Assembly (NCBI GenBank): GCA_040375075.1
Contig: JBEITC010000002.1
Span: 1 to 42,563, forward strand
Direction: 5' to 3'
DNA: 42,563 nt
Origin: Planctomycetota bacterium
GTDB lineage: Bacteria; Planctomycetota; UBA1135; UBA2386
This document shows, piece after piece, positions 19,638 to 28,565 of the stretch. How positions within the stretch are numbered: the first letter of the stretch is position 1; every line of letters begins with the position of its first letter. The notes below the pieces were generated by a model. It saw nothing but the letters and a program-made list of their open reading frames with translations, ran no database searches and had not been told where the DNA came from. Both the position numbers and the translations under genes were made by a program.

Positions 19638-20534
19638 TCAGTCCGGCTTGACCGACTTGCGGACCTTCTCGAGGTCCGACTCGATCGCCTCGGCGGTCGA
19701 CTGCTTGCGCGCCTTGGCCCTGCGGGCCGGCTTCTCGTCGTCGTCGGCCTCTTCGTCCGACTTCGCGGCGGCGATGGCGATCGGCTTGGCGACAGGCGCT
19801 GCGTCCGGGGGCGGCGGCGGCGGCGGAGTCGTGACGCTCAGTCCGTGCAACGCCTTGAGGGCTGCCTCGACGCAGCGATCGGCGAGCGCGCCGGTGAACC
19901 AGCGAATCTGCATCGACGAGAGGCTCTGGCCGAGGTCCGCGTCCTCGGCGTCGGGGAACAGCACCGGCTCCTCGGGCACGCCGTACGCGAGCGGCGGCAG
20001 CTCGCCGTCCGGCTCGGTCTGATGGACCTTGGCGAGCAGCGCCTGCAGGTCGACGCCGCGCAGCATCATCAGCTCCCACGGCTTCTCGTCGAGCCGGCGC
20101 GCGAACAGCTCGTGCAGCGCCAGGACGTGGCGGCACGGCTTCTCGGGCAGGTCGCACGAGCAGCCGAAGGTGACGCTGCGCGCTTCGGGGAACAGCGGTT
20201 CGCCGACGATGCGCGCGACCAGGCGGTCGAAGCTGCGCGGCACGCGGCCGGCTTCCAGCGCCTCGACGATCGACTTGCTGCGCCGCAGCACGCGGACCAG
20301 CGTGTTCCAGTCGCGCATCGGCAGGGTGCGGATCTGCAGGCTGACCTCGTGGATCGAGCCCATCGCGCCCTCCATCTCGCACCGGATCGAGCCGGGGCGG
20401 ATGCGCACCATCGGCTTGCGGATGCTCGGCAGCGCCTCGAGCGCCGCGGCCAGGCGCGCGTCGTCGACGCTGCGCGTCGCCTCGCGACGCCAGCGCTCGC
20501 CCAGCGAGATCGACTTGCGTTCGGCGGCGTTCAC
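19638..20534 (-). CDS. SWIM zinc-finger protein (SNF2-helicase partner)
   Basis: 298 aa. SWIM CxC...CxH signature CSCDLPEKPCRHVLALH. The C-terminal tail has poly-Pro (PPPPPPP), then acidic and basic stretches. The GTG start at 20534 overlaps the SNF2 TGA as GTGA. Only the last quarter of the 1238-aa track ORF is real. Confidence 0.8.
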   Translation of the reverse strand: MNAAERKSISLGERWRREATRSVDDARLAAALEALPSIRKPMVRIRPGSIRCEMEGAMGSIHEVSLQIRTLPMRDWNTLVRVLRRSKSIVEALEAGRVPRSFDRLVARIVGEPLFPEARSVTFGCSCDLPEKPCRHVLALHELFARRLDEKPWELMMLRGVDLQALLAKVHQTEPDGELPPLAYGVPEEPVLFPDAEDADLGQSLSSMQIRWFTGALADRCVEAALKALHGLSVTTPPPPPPPDAAPVAKPIAIAAAKSDEEADDDEKPARRAKARKQSTAEAIESDLEKVRKSVKPD

Positions 20535-23296
20535 GCGAGCGCCTCCTGGCGGTCGAGGACGAGCAGGCGCTTGAGCTCGTCGTTGCTGAGCTCGGTCAGC
20601 CAGTTCTCGCCGGCGGCGAGCAGGCTGTCGGCGACCTCGCGCTTGCGTTCGAGCATCATCTGGATGCGCTCTTCGAGCGTGCCGCTGCACACGAACTTGT
20701 GCACGAAGACGTTGCGCTGCTGGCCGATGCGGAACGCGCGGTCGGTCGCCTGGTCCTCGACGGCCGGGTTCCACCAGCGGTCGTAGTGGAAGACGCGGTT
20801 GGCGGCCGTGAGGTTGAGGCCGGTGCCGCCCGCCTTGAGCGACAGCACGAAGAGCTTGGGGCCGTCCGGCCGCGAGGCCTGGAAGTCGGTGACCATCTGG
20901 TCGCGTTCCTTCTGCGGCACGCCGCCGTGCAGGAACAGCACCGGGCCGCCGAAGGTGGTCTCGGCGTGCGTCTTGAGCAGCGAGCCCATCTCCTTGAACT
21001 GCGTGAAGATCAGGCAGCGGTCGCCCTCTTCGAGCGCCTCCTCGATCATCTCCGTCATCAGGTCGAGCTTGCCCGAGCGGCTCGGCAGCGCGCTGCCGTC
21101 CATCAAGTAGTGCGTCGGGTGGTTGCAGACCTGCTTCAGGCGCAGGAGCGTCGTGAGGATCGCGCCGCGGCGTTGGATGCCTTCGGCGGCCTTCTCGACC
21201 TCCTGCAGGCCCTTGCGCACGACGGACTCGTAGAGGATCGCCTGCTCGCGCGAGAGCGTGGCGGTGACGATCTGCTCGGTCTTCTCCGGCAGGTCGGCGA
21301 CGATCTCCGGGTCGGTCTTGAGGCGGCGCAGCACGAATGGCCGCACCAGCCGCGCCAGCGCCGACATCGAGCCCTGGCGGCGCTGCTTCACGATCGGGTG
21401 CTCGAGCGTCTGCAGGAACTGCGTGCGCGAGCCGAGCAGGCCTTCGTTGAGGAAGTCCATGATCGACCACAGGTCGAGCGGCCGGTTCTCGAGCGGCGTG
21501 CCGGTCAGCGCGAGGCGGAAGTGGCCGCGCAGCGCGCGGGCGACCTTCGACTGGCGCGTCGTCGGGTTCTTGATGTTCTGCGCCTCGTCGAGCACGACGC
21601 CGTCGAAGGTCACGTCCTGCATGACCTCTTCGTCGCGCTGCAGCAGGTTGTAGCTGGTGAGGATGATGTCGCAGCCGCGGAGGGCGCTGCGGAAGTCCTC
21701 GGCGGTCTCGGCGCGGCCCTTGCCGTGGTGCAGCAGGACGCGCAGGTGCGGCGCGAAGCGGTTGAGCTCGCGGCGCCAGTTGCCCAGCACGGACACCGGG
21801 CACACGATCATGATCGCGTTGACGTCCTTGCGCTGGCGGCGCCAGTCGATCATCACGGCGATCGCCTGCACGGTCTTGCCGAGGCCCATGTCGTCGGCGA
21901 GGCAGGCGCCGAAGCCCTGGTCGACGAGGTAGTGCATCCAGGCGTGGCCGCGCGACTGGTACGGGCGCAGGTCGCCGACGAACTCGCTCGGCAGCGGCAG
22001 GTTCTCGACGGCGCGCGCCTGCTCGAGGTTCTGCAGCAGCGCCTCCAGGCGCGGCGAGCTGGCGATCGACTCCATCGCGAGGCCGTGCAGGTGCGAGGCG
22101 CCGCCGAGGCGTAGGCGCAGGGCTTCGAAGAAGCTGATGCGCTCGCCGCCCTCCTCCATGCGCGCCTTGAAGTCCTTGATCGCCTCGCGGTCCTTCGGCG
22201 ACAGCAGCACGGGGCGGCGGTCGATGAAGACGAGCGGCGTCTTGGCTTCGACCAGCTGGTCGAACTCGGACTGGGTCAGTTCCTTGTCGCCGACGGCGAG
22301 GCTCCAACGGAACTCGAACCACGGCCGCGGCTCGTCCTGCTGGCCCTTGCCCTCGACGATGGCGACGCGCGCCGACAGGCGCTGCATCGCCTCGATGCCG
22401 GGCAGCTGCAACTCGAAGCCTTCGCTCTCGAGCAGCGGCATGTGGTCGAGGATCTGGTCGAGCTCTGCGCGCGTCAGGCTGGCGCGGCCGTCGCTGAGGT
22501 TGCGGGCGCGGCGCAGGGCCGGCATGCGTTCGGCGACGCGCTCGATGGTCTGCTCGACCTTCACGAGGTTGTCGACGGCGATCTCGTTGCGGAACGGCGA
22601 CGCCGCGAGGCGCTGGTGCAGGCTCTCGATCGTCTCGGTGAACGGGACCGTCGGGATCGGGCGGACCAGGACCTGCAGTCCCCATGGCACGCCTTCCTCG
22701 AGCGGCTTGTCCGGCACGAGGATCTCGAGCACCGGCACGATCGGCGTCTGCCAGTACTCCTTCGGCAGGCGCTCGGCCTTGGCGAAGTTGGGCTTGGGCG
22801 CGTCGCCGCGCGCAGCGGCCGCGATGACGACCTGGTCGATCGCATGGCCGACGAAGCTGACCAGGAAGTTGCGCTGCGACACGGCGTACACCGGGTCGTC
22901 GGGCACGGCGAAGCGCGCCGTGCACAGCGCGCCGGGCACGAGGTCGGCGACGCTGGCCATCACCCACTGCGTGTCGGTGGCCCAGTGCGGCGCCCACTGC
23001 AGCACGCCGGGCTGCGGCGCGGGCGCGAAGTCGCCGCGGGCGACCATGCGCAGCACGAGCTGGCTGGCGGCCGACAGCGCGCGCAGGGCAGCGGGCTGCT
23101 TCTGCGCGTCGAGGGAAGCGAGCCACGCGATCGCCGCGGCCAGCGGCAGCGACTGCGCCGGGATGGTCCAGAGCGCCGGCGCGATGCGCGCCTGAGGGCG
23201 ATCCTCGTCGTCGTCGGCGGCGCCGACGAGCACGACCGGGCGCAGCGTCGACTCCTCGACCGGAATCAGCAACTGCACTTCGACCGGCTCGAGCAT
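20531..23296 (-). CDS. SNF2-family DEAD/DEAH helicase with a long N-terminal SNF2-associated domain
   Basis: Helicase motifs LRPYQSRGHAWM, LADDMGLGKTVQ (I), VLDEAQNIKN (II), LTGTPLEN (III). The C-terminal helicase domain has GGTGLNLTAANRVFHYDRWWNPAVEDQATDRAFRIGQ. The track start at 23317 is a TTG, so I use the ATG at 23296. The N-terminal 430 aa or so carry no motif I recognise. Confidence 0.9.
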   Translation of the reverse strand: MLEPVEVQLLIPVEESTLRPVVLVGAADDDEDRPQARIAPALWTIPAQSLPLAAAIAWLASLDAQKQPAALRALSAASQLVLRMVARGDFAPAPQPGVLQWAPHWATDTQWVMASVADLVPGALCTARFAVPDDPVYAVSQRNFLVSFVGHAIDQVVIAAAARGDAPKPNFAKAERLPKEYWQTPIVPVLEILVPDKPLEEGVPWGLQVLVRPIPTVPFTETIESLHQRLAASPFRNEIAVDNLVKVEQTIERVAERMPALRRARNLSDGRASLTRAELDQILDHMPLLESEGFELQLPGIEAMQRLSARVAIVEGKGQQDEPRPWFEFRWSLAVGDKELTQSEFDQLVEAKTPLVFIDRRPVLLSPKDREAIKDFKARMEEGGERISFFEALRLRLGGASHLHGLAMESIASSPRLEALLQNLEQARAVENLPLPSEFVGDLRPYQSRGHAWMHYLVDQGFGACLADDMGLGKTVQAIAVMIDWRRQRKDVNAIMIVCPVSVLGNWRRELNRFAPHLRVLLHHGKGRAETAEDFRSALRGCDIILTSYNLLQRDEEVMQDVTFDGVVLDEAQNIKNPTTRQSKVARALRGHFRLALTGTPLENRPLDLWSIMDFLNEGLLGSRTQFLQTLEHPIVKQRRQGSMSALARLVRPFVLRRLKTDPEIVADLPEKTEQIVTATLSREQAILYESVVRKGLQEVEKAAEGIQRRGAILTTLLRLKQVCNHPTHYLMDGSALPSRSGKLDLMTEMIEEALEEGDRCLIFTQFKEMGSLLKTHAETTFGGPVLFLHGGVPQKERDQMVTDFQASRPDGPKLFVLSLKAGGTGLNLTAANRVFHYDRWWNPAVEDQATDRAFRIGQQRNVFVHKFVCSGTLEERIQMMLERKREVADSLLAAGENWLTELSNDELKRLLVLDRQEALA

Positions 23297-23408
23297 GGCC
23301 CGCAGCTCGGCGGGCAAGGCTTCGCCGATCCCAGCAGCCCCGTTGTCGGACCACAGGGCGATGCGCGCGTCGGCGGGCTGCCGGGAGTGCAGATAGGCGG
23401 CGTGCAGC

Positions 23409-23819
23409 TTAGTGCTTCTCGGACGTCGCCGGCTTGGGGTAGGCCCACTCCTTGCTGACCTTCGCCTTCGTCACGTGCATCGGATGGTCGATGCGGCGCG
23501 TCGCCTGATCGGCGAGCGTGAAGACGAAGAGAAGCGAGAGGAACAGGAAGGAACTCAGGAAGACGATCTTGTTGATCGCCGTGTCCCACTTCACGTGCAT
23601 GAAGAACAGGATCACGAGGCTGGCCTTGACGCTGGCGATCAGCATCGCGATCAGCATGTTGGCCGGGCCGAAGTCGATGCGCGACGCGCCGACCGTGACC
23701 ACCGTCAGGATCAGCAGCGCGACCAGCACGTTCATGAACATCGCGCTGCTGGAGACGTGGTGGTGCCCCATCTGGAGCTCACCGTGTCCGTGACCGTCGT
23801 TGTGGGCGTGAGCGCTCAT
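23409..23819 (-). CDS. Cytochrome c oxidase subunit IV (prokaryotic COX4/CyoD-like)
   Basis: 136 aa with 3 TM helices. Contains IASVKASLVILFFMHVKWD, typical of bacterial subunit IV. The N-terminus is His-rich (MSAHAHNDGHGHGELQMGHHH). The ATG overlaps the subunit III stop as TGATG. Confidence 0.75.
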   Translation of the reverse strand: MSAHAHNDGHGHGELQMGHHHVSSSAMFMNVLVALLILTVVTVGASRIDFGPANMLIAMLIASVKASLVILFFMHVKWDTAINKIVFLSSFLFLSLLFVFTLADQATRRIDHPMHVTKAKVSKEWAYPKPATSEKH

Positions 23820-24580
23820 CAGGGCACCAGGTACAGCAGGGGGAAGAGGAAGATCCAGATCAGGTCGACTAGGTGCCAGTACAGGCCCACGAGGTCGACC
23901 GGCAGGTAGTAGCCGGCGTGGAAGCGGCCCTTCGCGACGCCCTTCATGACCCAGAGGATCAGGCCGGCGCCGATGATGACGTGCAGGCCGTGGATGGCCG
24001 TCATCGTCACGTAGATGGCGAAGAACAGGTGGCCGTGCGGGAGCGGCGCGCCAGTCTCGTCGACCATGACGTTGTGGAGGTCGGTGAACCAGGCCAGCGA
24101 GCCGGTGTTGGTCGCCGTGTCGACCTGGTAGCCGTCGAACATGTGCGGGAACACGAACAGCCCGTGCTCCGTCTTCGCCTTGTACTCGAAGAACTTGATG
24201 ATCATGAAGATCACCGCGCCCACCACGGTGAGCGCGCAGAACATCATGGTCTTCTGCTTCTGGCTGGTCTGCGCCGAGCGCACGCCCATGGCCATCGTCC
24301 ACGAGCTCAGCAGCAGCACGGACGTGTTGATCGCCCCGAGCTTCCAGTCGAGCTGTTGCCCGCCGACCTTGAAGGTCTCCGGGTACATGTCGTGGTAGTA
24401 GAAGTACGCCGCGAAGAGCCCGCCGAAGAGCAGGATTTCCGTCGCCAGGAACAGCCAGAAGCCGAGCTTGGCCGACTGGAACTCCTGCACCGGCGTGTCG
24501 AAGTGGTGTGCCACCGTGTGGGGAACGAACTCGGGTCCCGGCGCCGGGATCACTACCGAGTGGTGACCGTCGTGACTCAT
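23819..24580 (-). CDS. ctaE: Cytochrome c oxidase subunit III
   Basis: 253-aa polytopic membrane protein. Contains KLGFWLFLATEILLFGGLFAAYFYY and WHLVDLIWIFLFPLLYL, which are heme-copper oxidase subunit III signatures. Confidence 0.9.
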   Translation of the reverse strand: MSHDGHHSVVIPAPGPEFVPHTVAHHFDTPVQEFQSAKLGFWLFLATEILLFGGLFAAYFYYHDMYPETFKVGGQQLDWKLGAINTSVLLLSSWTMAMGVRSAQTSQKQKTMMFCALTVVGAVIFMIIKFFEYKAKTEHGLFVFPHMFDGYQVDTATNTGSLAWFTDLHNVMVDETGAPLPHGHLFFAIYVTMTAIHGLHVIIGAGLILWVMKGVAKGRFHAGYYLPVDLVGLYWHLVDLIWIFLFPLLYLVP

Positions 24581-24628
24581 CGTGGGTACCTGTAGCGGCG
24601 TGGCTTGAAGGGGGGCAGCGGTCGCAGA

Positions 24629-26284
24629 TCAGCCGATGGGCGTCTGCGTCGACTTGAGGTCCAGCGTGGAGTAGTCGTAGACCTCGGTCGTGACCTTCGG
24701 CGCGTGCGCGAAGTTCTCGAGCGGCGGCGGGGTCGGGGTCATCCAGTCGAGCGTCACGCCGCCCCACTGGTTCTGCATCGCCTTCTTGCCGGTGAACAGC
24801 GAGGCGACGAGGTAGAAGACCATCAGCGCGACGCCCGAGCCGAGGATGATCGCGCCGATCGTCGACGCGCTGTGGTACGGCTGGAACTCGGGCACGTACG
24901 TCGCGTAGCGGCGCGGCATGCCCTGGCTGCCCATGACGAACTGCGGCAGGAAGGTCGCGTTGAAGCCGACGAAGATCGTCAGGCACGCGAGCTTGGCCAG
25001 CGTCTCGTTGTACATCACGCCGAACATCTTCGGCCACCAGTGGTGCAGGCCGGCGAAGAACGCCAGCGCGATCGAGCCCATCATCACGTAGTGGAAGTGC
25101 GCGACGACGAAGTACGTGTCGTGCAGGTGCAGGTCGACGTTGAGCGCGCCGAGGATGACGCCCGTCAGGCCGCCGATCGCGAAGATGATCAGGAAGGCCA
25201 GCGTGTAGAGCATCGGCGAGTTGAGCGCGATCGAGCCCTTCCAGATCGTCGCGACCCAGCTGAACTCCTTGATCGCGGTCGGGATCGCCACGAAGAACGT
25301 CAGGAACGAGAACGCGAACATCGCGTACGTCGACTGGCCCGACGTGAACATGTGGTGGCCCCACACGAGGAAGCTGATGATCGCGATCGCCAGCGAGCTG
25401 AACGCGATCAGCTTGTAGCCGAACAGCGGCTTGCGGCTGTGGACCGTCACCAGCTCGCTGATGATGCCGAAGGCCGGCAGCACCATGATGTAGACGGCCG
25501 GGTGGCTGTAGAACCAGAAGAAGTGCTCGAACAGCACCGGGTCGCCGCCGAGGCGCGGATCGAAGATGCCGATGTTGTAGAGGCGCTCGAACGCCACCAG
25601 CAGCACCGTGATGCCGAGCACCGGCGTCGCCAGGACCTGCAGCAGCGACGTCGCGTACAGCGCCCAGACGAACAGCGGCATGCGGAACCAGGTCAGGCCC
25701 GGAGCGCGCAGCTTGTGCGTCGTGACGATGAAGTTGAGGCCCGTGAAGATCGAGCTGAAGCCCAGCAGGAAGATGGCGAGGCCGATCGTGACGACCGCCT
25801 TGTTCGTGTACAGGCTGTACGGCGCGTAGAACGTCCAGCCGGTGTCGAAGCCGCCGAGCACGATGGCCAGGGCGGCGAGCACGGCGCCGGAGAGCCACAG
25901 GTAGAAGCTCAGCAGGTTGAGGCGCGGAAGCGCCACGTCCTTCGCGCCGAGCATCAGCGGCAGCACCATGTTGCCCAGCGAGCCCGGGATCGCCGGGATC
26001 ACGAACAGGAACACCATGAACGCGCCGTGCAACGTGAAGATCTCGTTGTACTGGTCGTTCGTGAACAGCATGCCGGTCGGCTCCCAGAGGTGCAGGCGCA
26101 CCAGCAGGGCGAACAGGCCGCCCGCGAGGAACGCGAGGCCCGTGCCGATCAGGTACATGAGGCCGATGCGCTTGTGGTCGAGCGTCGAGGCCCAGGACCA
26201 GAAGCCGCTGCTGCAGTTCAGGTAGTTCTTCGGCTGCTCGGACTTCGCCTTCTGCGAGTCGAGGACGGGAGCGTGGGTGGTCAT
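24629..26284 (-). CDS. ctaD: Cytochrome c oxidase subunit I (A-type heme-copper oxidase)
   Basis: 551 aa. Contains [35 protein letters not shown] and VAHFHYVM, which are the canonical His ligand regions. Confidence 0.97.
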   Translation of the reverse strand: MTTHAPVLDSQKAKSEQPKNYLNCSSGFWSWASTLDHKRIGLMYLIGTGLAFLAGGLFALLVRLHLWEPTGMLFTNDQYNEIFTLHGAFMVFLFVIPAIPGSLGNMVLPLMLGAKDVALPRLNLLSFYLWLSGAVLAALAIVLGGFDTGWTFYAPYSLYTNKAVVTIGLAIFLLGFSSIFTGLNFIVTTHKLRAPGLTWFRMPLFVWALYATSLLQVLATPVLGITVLLVAFERLYNIGIFDPRLGGDPVLFEHFFWFYSHPAVYIMVLPAFGIISELVTVHSRKPLFGYKLIAFSSLAIAIISFLVWGHHMFTSGQSTYAMFAFSFLTFFVAIPTAIKEFSWVATIWKGSIALNSPMLYTLAFLIIFAIGGLTGVILGALNVDLHLHDTYFVVAHFHYVMMGSIALAFFAGLHHWWPKMFGVMYNETLAKLACLTIFVGFNATFLPQFVMGSQGMPRRYATYVPEFQPYHSASTIGAIILGSGVALMVFYLVASLFTGKKAMQNQWGGVTLDWMTPTPPPLENFAHAPKVTTEVYDYSTLDLKSTQTPIG

Positions 26285-26291
26285 GGGTGCC

Positions 26292-27356
26292 TCACTGAGC
26301 CAGCGTCTTCATGTACTCGATGACCGCATTGAGCTCGCGATCGTTGAGCTTGTCGGGGCCGAAGGCGTTCATGTTGGCCTTCGTGGCGAAGTCCGCCGCC
26401 AGCTTGGCCAGCGGCATCCGGATGGATTCCTTGATGTAGGCCTCGTCGGCGACGACCGTCTTGGGCTGGCGGTTCTCGACGACCTGGCGCTCACGACCGA
26501 CGACCTTGCCGTCCTTCTTGGCGAACAGGCCCTTGTCGCCGCCCCAGCTCGGAGCGAGGACCGATTGGCCGTTGACCGAGTGGCAGGCCGAGCAAAGGGC
26601 CTTGTAGATGTTCTCGCCGCTCTTGGCCGCCAGTTCCGGCGTGCTGTCGTCGAACGTGTTCCACGGCGCCTTGGCGAACTCCTCGGCGGTGACCACGTGC
26701 ACCTTGGCGTACATCTGCGAGTGCGAGTCGCCGCAATACTCGGCGCAGAACAGGTGGAACTCGCCGAGCTGCGTGGGCGTGAACCAGACGGTGTGGTAGC
26801 GGCCCGGGATGACGTCGCGCTTGACGCGCATCGACGGGATGTAGAACGCGTGCAGCACGTCCTCCGACTCGAGCAGGAACTGCGCCGGCTTGTTGACCTC
26901 GAGCCAGACCGCGCCGCTGCTCTTCACCGGGTGGTTCGGGTACGTGAACGTCCAGTTCCACTGTTGGGCCGTCGCCTTGTAGGTGTTCTGGCTCGCGGCC
27001 TGCGGCACCGTCGTCATGTCGAGGCAGCCCTTGAAGCCCCACGCGAACATGACCATGACGATGATCAGCGGGATCACCGTCCAGACGACCTCGAGGGGCG
27101 TGTTGTGCGTCGCGTTCGACGCCGCCGGTTGGTCGAAGGTCTTCCGGCGGTACTTGACCACCGAGAAGAGCAGCACGCCCAGGATGAGGACGAAGAAGAA
27201 GATGCAGACCGCGTACGTGAAGTAGAACAGCCCGTCGACGTGGTCGAACGTGCTGGCCAGCTTCGGCAGCTGGCCGTAGGCGTCGAGCTCGGGCGGCTTG
27301 GCGTAGTTGACCGCTGGCGCGGACTTCGCCGGATCCTGGATCAGTTGGGCGAGCAC
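26292..27356 (-). CDS. ctaC: Cytochrome c oxidase subunit II with fused C-terminal cytochrome c (caa3 type)
   Basis: 354 aa, GTG start. Two TM helices, CuA motif HAFYIPS...[12 protein letters not shown], and a C-terminal heme c site CSACHSVNG. Confidence 0.93.
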   Translation of the reverse strand: MLAQLIQDPAKSAPAVNYAKPPELDAYGQLPKLASTFDHVDGLFYFTYAVCIFFFVLILGVLLFSVVKYRRKTFDQPAASNATHNTPLEVVWTVIPLIIVMVMFAWGFKGCLDMTTVPQAASQNTYKATAQQWNWTFTYPNHPVKSSGAVWLEVNKPAQFLLESEDVLHAFYIPSMRVKRDVIPGRYHTVWFTPTQLGEFHLFCAEYCGDSHSQMYAKVHVVTAEEFAKAPWNTFDDSTPELAAKSGENIYKALCSACHSVNGQSVLAPSWGGDKGLFAKKDGKVVGRERQVVENRQPKTVVADEAYIKESIRMPLAKLAADFATKANMNAFGPDKLNDRELNAVIEYMKTLAQ

Positions 27357-27396
27357 TTGGGGTACCTCAGTCGGGGCGGTTGGCTGGTTCGGAGGG

Positions 27397-28218
27397 TCAG
27401 GCGACGGCCGGCGTGGTTTGCCGCCGCTCGCGCCGCAGCATGACCCAGATCATCACGGCGAGCGCCACCAAGGTGACGGCGCCGGCGATCCGCATGAGGG
27501 TCATCGCTGCGAGGGAATACGTGTTGGTCTTGGCGTCGAAGGTCAGGCAATTGAGCCGGACCTGGTCCCAGAAGCTGCCGAGCGCGCCGCCGCTCGCTTC
27601 GACGATGGCGAGACGCACGTCGGAGGGATCGAACGCGGTGTTGACGATGATGCGGCTGACCTTGCCCTCGGGGGTGAGCACGATCAGCGACGGCGGGTGC
27701 GCGAACTGGCCGGTGGCCTCCGACCAGTAGAAGCGGAAGCCCATCTGGTCGGCGAGGCGCTTGGTGTTCTCCTCGTCGCCGACGAGCACGCGCCACGAGT
27801 CCTCGCCGCCGGTCTTGCGCAGACGCGGCAGGTAGGACTGCTTGCGGGCCTTGGCCAGCTCCGGCGTCTCCTTCGGATCGATGGAGACGTTGAGCACGCG
27901 GTAGTGCTCGCCCGGCTGCAGGTCGACGTCGCTGAGCGCCGAGAAAGCGGCGTCGAGCACCTGTCCGCACATCGCCGGGCAGCTGTAGTAGCCGAGCAGG
28001 AGCACGACCGGCTGCTTGCCGGGAAACCACTGCTTCAGCTCGAACGGGTAGCCGCGTTCGTCGGTGAACTTCAGCGCGGCGTCGATCTGCTTGCCGATGA
28101 CGTCGACCTGCGAGGCCGCTTCCTCCTTGCTGTCCACGGTGCGCGACGGCGGGTGGCCTGCCCCTTGCGCGGGGAGGCTCGCGATCGCGACCAGCAGGCT
28201 GAAGAGGAAGGCGCGCAT
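27397..28218 (-). CDS. SCO1/SenC family copper chaperone
   Basis: 273 aa. Has a signal peptide, a thioredoxin-like fold with the CxxxC motif YYSCPAMCG, and a C-terminal TM helix. Confidence 0.85.
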   Translation of the reverse strand: MRAFLFSLLVAIASLPAQGAGHPPSRTVDSKEEAASQVDVIGKQIDAALKFTDERGYPFELKQWFPGKQPVVLLLGYYSCPAMCGQVLDAAFSALSDVDLQPGEHYRVLNVSIDPKETPELAKARKQSYLPRLRKTGGEDSWRVLVGDEENTKRLADQMGFRFYWSEATGQFAHPPSLIVLTPEGKVSRIIVNTAFDPSDVRLAIVEASGGALGSFWDQVRLNCLTFDAKTNTYSLAAMTLMRIAGAVTLVALAVMIWVMLRRERRQTTPAVA

Positions 28219-28234
28219 GGCGGGTCGCTCTAGC

Positions 28235-28549
28235 TCACTTGCGCAGGCCGTCGACGACGGTCTGGATGTTCTTCTTGGTCGGGTTGTCGCCGTTCAGGAA
28301 GGCACTCTCCGTCTTCATGGCCGCGTCGAACTCGTCGTTCGGCGCGAGCGCGACCTTCGTCATGCGCTCCTCGTCGAGGACGCGCATGAAGATCGGGACC
28401 ATGAGCCAGAGGGAGAGGAACGTCACGATCGAGCCGGCGATGACCCAGATGGTCGCCGAGCGGGCGTCGATCTCGTTCTCCGGATCGAGCGCGACGGCAT
28501 CGTGGGTCGCGCCGGGGGCGTGTTCGCCGTGTTGGTGGCCGTGAGCCAT
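28235..28549 (-). CDS. Small single-pass membrane protein; possible accessory subunit of ACIII or the oxidase
   Basis: 104-aa ORF packed 16 nt from both neighbours within the operon. One TM helix (IWVIAGSIVTFLSLWLMVPIF) and a His-rich N-terminus (MAHGHQHGEHAPGATHD). I recognise no family signature. Confidence 0.55.
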   Translation of the reverse strand: MAHGHQHGEHAPGATHDAVALDPENEIDARSATIWVIAGSIVTFLSLWLMVPIFMRVLDEERMTKVALAPNDEFDAAMKTESAFLNGDNPTKKNIQTVVDGLRK

Positions 28550-28565
28550 GTGTGTGCGCCTCAGG

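Noticed and set aside
19795-19830. A (GGC)n simple-sequence tract.
   Set aside because: It encodes the poly-proline linker (PPPPPPP) of the SWIM protein on the minus strand. It is in frame and not an intergenic microsatellite.
19638-23317. The SNF2/SWIM pair as part of a phage-defence island (DISARM/Zorya-like).
   Set aside because: No methyltransferase, PLD nuclease, DUF1998, ZorA/B or other defence partners are nearby. The flanks are housekeeping respiration genes and a secreted protein, and there are no mobility genes or compositional shift.
19638-23354. The single 1238-aa ORF in the track that spans both the SWIM and SNF2 regions.
   Set aside because: Only the last 298 codons (from the GTG at 20534) make a sensible protein. 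The upstream part is an out-of-frame read through the SNF2 gene and is Arg/Pro/Ala junk.
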